Assembly: GCA_002633005.1 (NCBI GenBank)
Contig: NMRA01000210.1
Location: 372,001 to 436,000 of the forward strand
Direction: 5' to 3'
DNA length: 64,000 nt
Source: Phoronis australis
Taxonomy: Eukaryota; Animalia; Phoronida
This document shows positions 62,746 through 64,000 of the stretch, in pieces. A program made the translations under genes and the position numbers. Every line of letters begins with the position of its first letter. Position 1 is the stretch's first letter. The notes below the pieces were generated by a model. It was not told the origin of the DNA, did no database searches, and saw only the letters and a list, made by a program, of their open reading frames with translations.

Positions 62746-63165
62746 CTGTAGATAAACCCCTGGGTGTGTATTCGTAAAATGAATTTTTTCAGGCGTTTTA
62801 GCAAAACCAAATAAACATTCAGGCGTTTATTCAGAAAAGGTGGCGTGTAAACGGAAAGTCAAAATTTTTGCTTGACTTGGCACTCTTTTACTTAAAACTG
62901 TGTTTTTAAATTTTTTGTTAATAAATTCATAGCTCACCAACTCCCTGTTCGTTTTTATAAATAATAAGTGCTCCACAAAGCTGAATTTGTGACAAAAAGT
63001 TGACGCTGAGTGGGCTTTTAAGAAGAAAATTTCCAAATAAACGTCCCACTGTCTGGACACTTGACACCACAAGTTGTAACACCAAATAAATGCCCATGGG
63101 TGTATTTGGCATGATTTCCTGATTAAACGCCCATGGGCATTTTATCGGGTGGGCTTATCTACGGA
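62746..63165. mobile_element. Small TIR element (Tc1/mariner-pogo-like MITE)
   Basis: CTGTAGATAAACCC / GGGCTTATCTACGG inverted ends with internal cccatggg repeats. Confidence 0.45.
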
Positions 63166-64000
63166 AAACCCCAATATCAGTATAAGTTTTTATGCTGTGT
63201 TAATGAAAACGTGACCTCACAAATATCACGTGACCAACTGTTGTGTTGCCACAGCGTTTTTGACAAAGGTCAGACTACGCGTAACACGTTTGCATCTAGG
63301 TAAGAATCAGCGCATGGGCGATTCCATCATGGCTCTCTTCAAAATTGGTGGAACTGTTTGACACCACATTTACGCAAATCTAGGTTTTTATAATTTGGCT
63401 GATGGCTTACTGAAGTTTGTGCTTATTACCACTCCTGGGAACATTTTAACACCGAAAATATTCAACCTAAGTAGATGATTTTTTGTCAGTCTGTAGCTCT
63501 TACTCTATTCTATTCACCCACTTTAGTTATGGAATGATGGTTCAAAACTGTGTCCTTCAAGGGCAAATTACAAAAACATGGCAAAAGACATTTGTATGTA
63601 GTTGTGTAAGATGTAGCCTAATAGTTCCAGAACGGTCCCCCAAAAGCTTTGTATGGACTACAGGACACTATGCACAGTACACTTTGCCAAAATTTGATTT
63701 TTTCGTCCTTTTTGTTATATCATCACGAGTAAGAATTCAAGTTTATATTTTAAAGTATTTTTATATATTGTATAGTCAATATAGTTTACAGAACTGCTTG
63801 CAGTTTTAATAGAATTTTCCATGTACATTGGGCCTACCTGATAGTTTGTTTTCAAACCCATGAAATTCAACTAGCAGTAAATGAATTCACATTCAAACAC
63901 CTATATTAATATGGAAGGCCCCGCTGTTCGACCCCCCCTTTCGGCGAGGCCGCCTATATTAATATAGCCGGCCTTCCTTTTGAGATCCGAAATTCAATTT

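Noticed and set aside
62827-63072. RVPSQ resembling the tRNase Z HRVPSQG motif
   Set aside because: Wrong strand, lacks the His and lies inside a MITE; coincidental

Overview
Repeat-rich eukaryotic (animal, most plausibly marine invertebrate; taxon is inference) genomic DNA with GT-AG introns and three assembly gaps (N at 39271, 56912-56941, 58032). Host genes: (1) the 3' eight coding exons of an SLC6 Na+/Cl- glycine/amino-acid transporter-like gene (+, 984-11619); (2) two tandem two-exon Shaw/Kv3-like K+ channel paralogues (-, 20859-28441 and 41446-53519). Both keep the TVGYGD filter but have only two S4 arginines and a broken S6 PVP gate (PIA/PVA), so they are candidate regulatory or voltage-insensitive subunits; (3) the first two coding exons of a metallo-beta-lactamase (HGHPDH) resembling plant/Thermotoga TM-type tRNase Z (+, 61757-~62570). 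The rest is a dense transposon landscape: Kolobok derivatives (THAP plus KolX/P2X7-ballast-like), a decayed AcademX carrying two nested 9-bp-TSD elements, Helentron-associated HINE-like elements with internal higher-order repeats, hAT-like elements with 5-bp TSDs, Harbinger-like MITEs, and LINE and DIRS fragments. The most notable oddities are the atypical Kv pair, a ~26-copy tandem array of a functional 5' splice site, a palindromic Kolobok 21 nt behind a Kv stop codon, and the TM-type tRNase Z-like gene. All family calls come from motif recognition by eye; no database searches were run.
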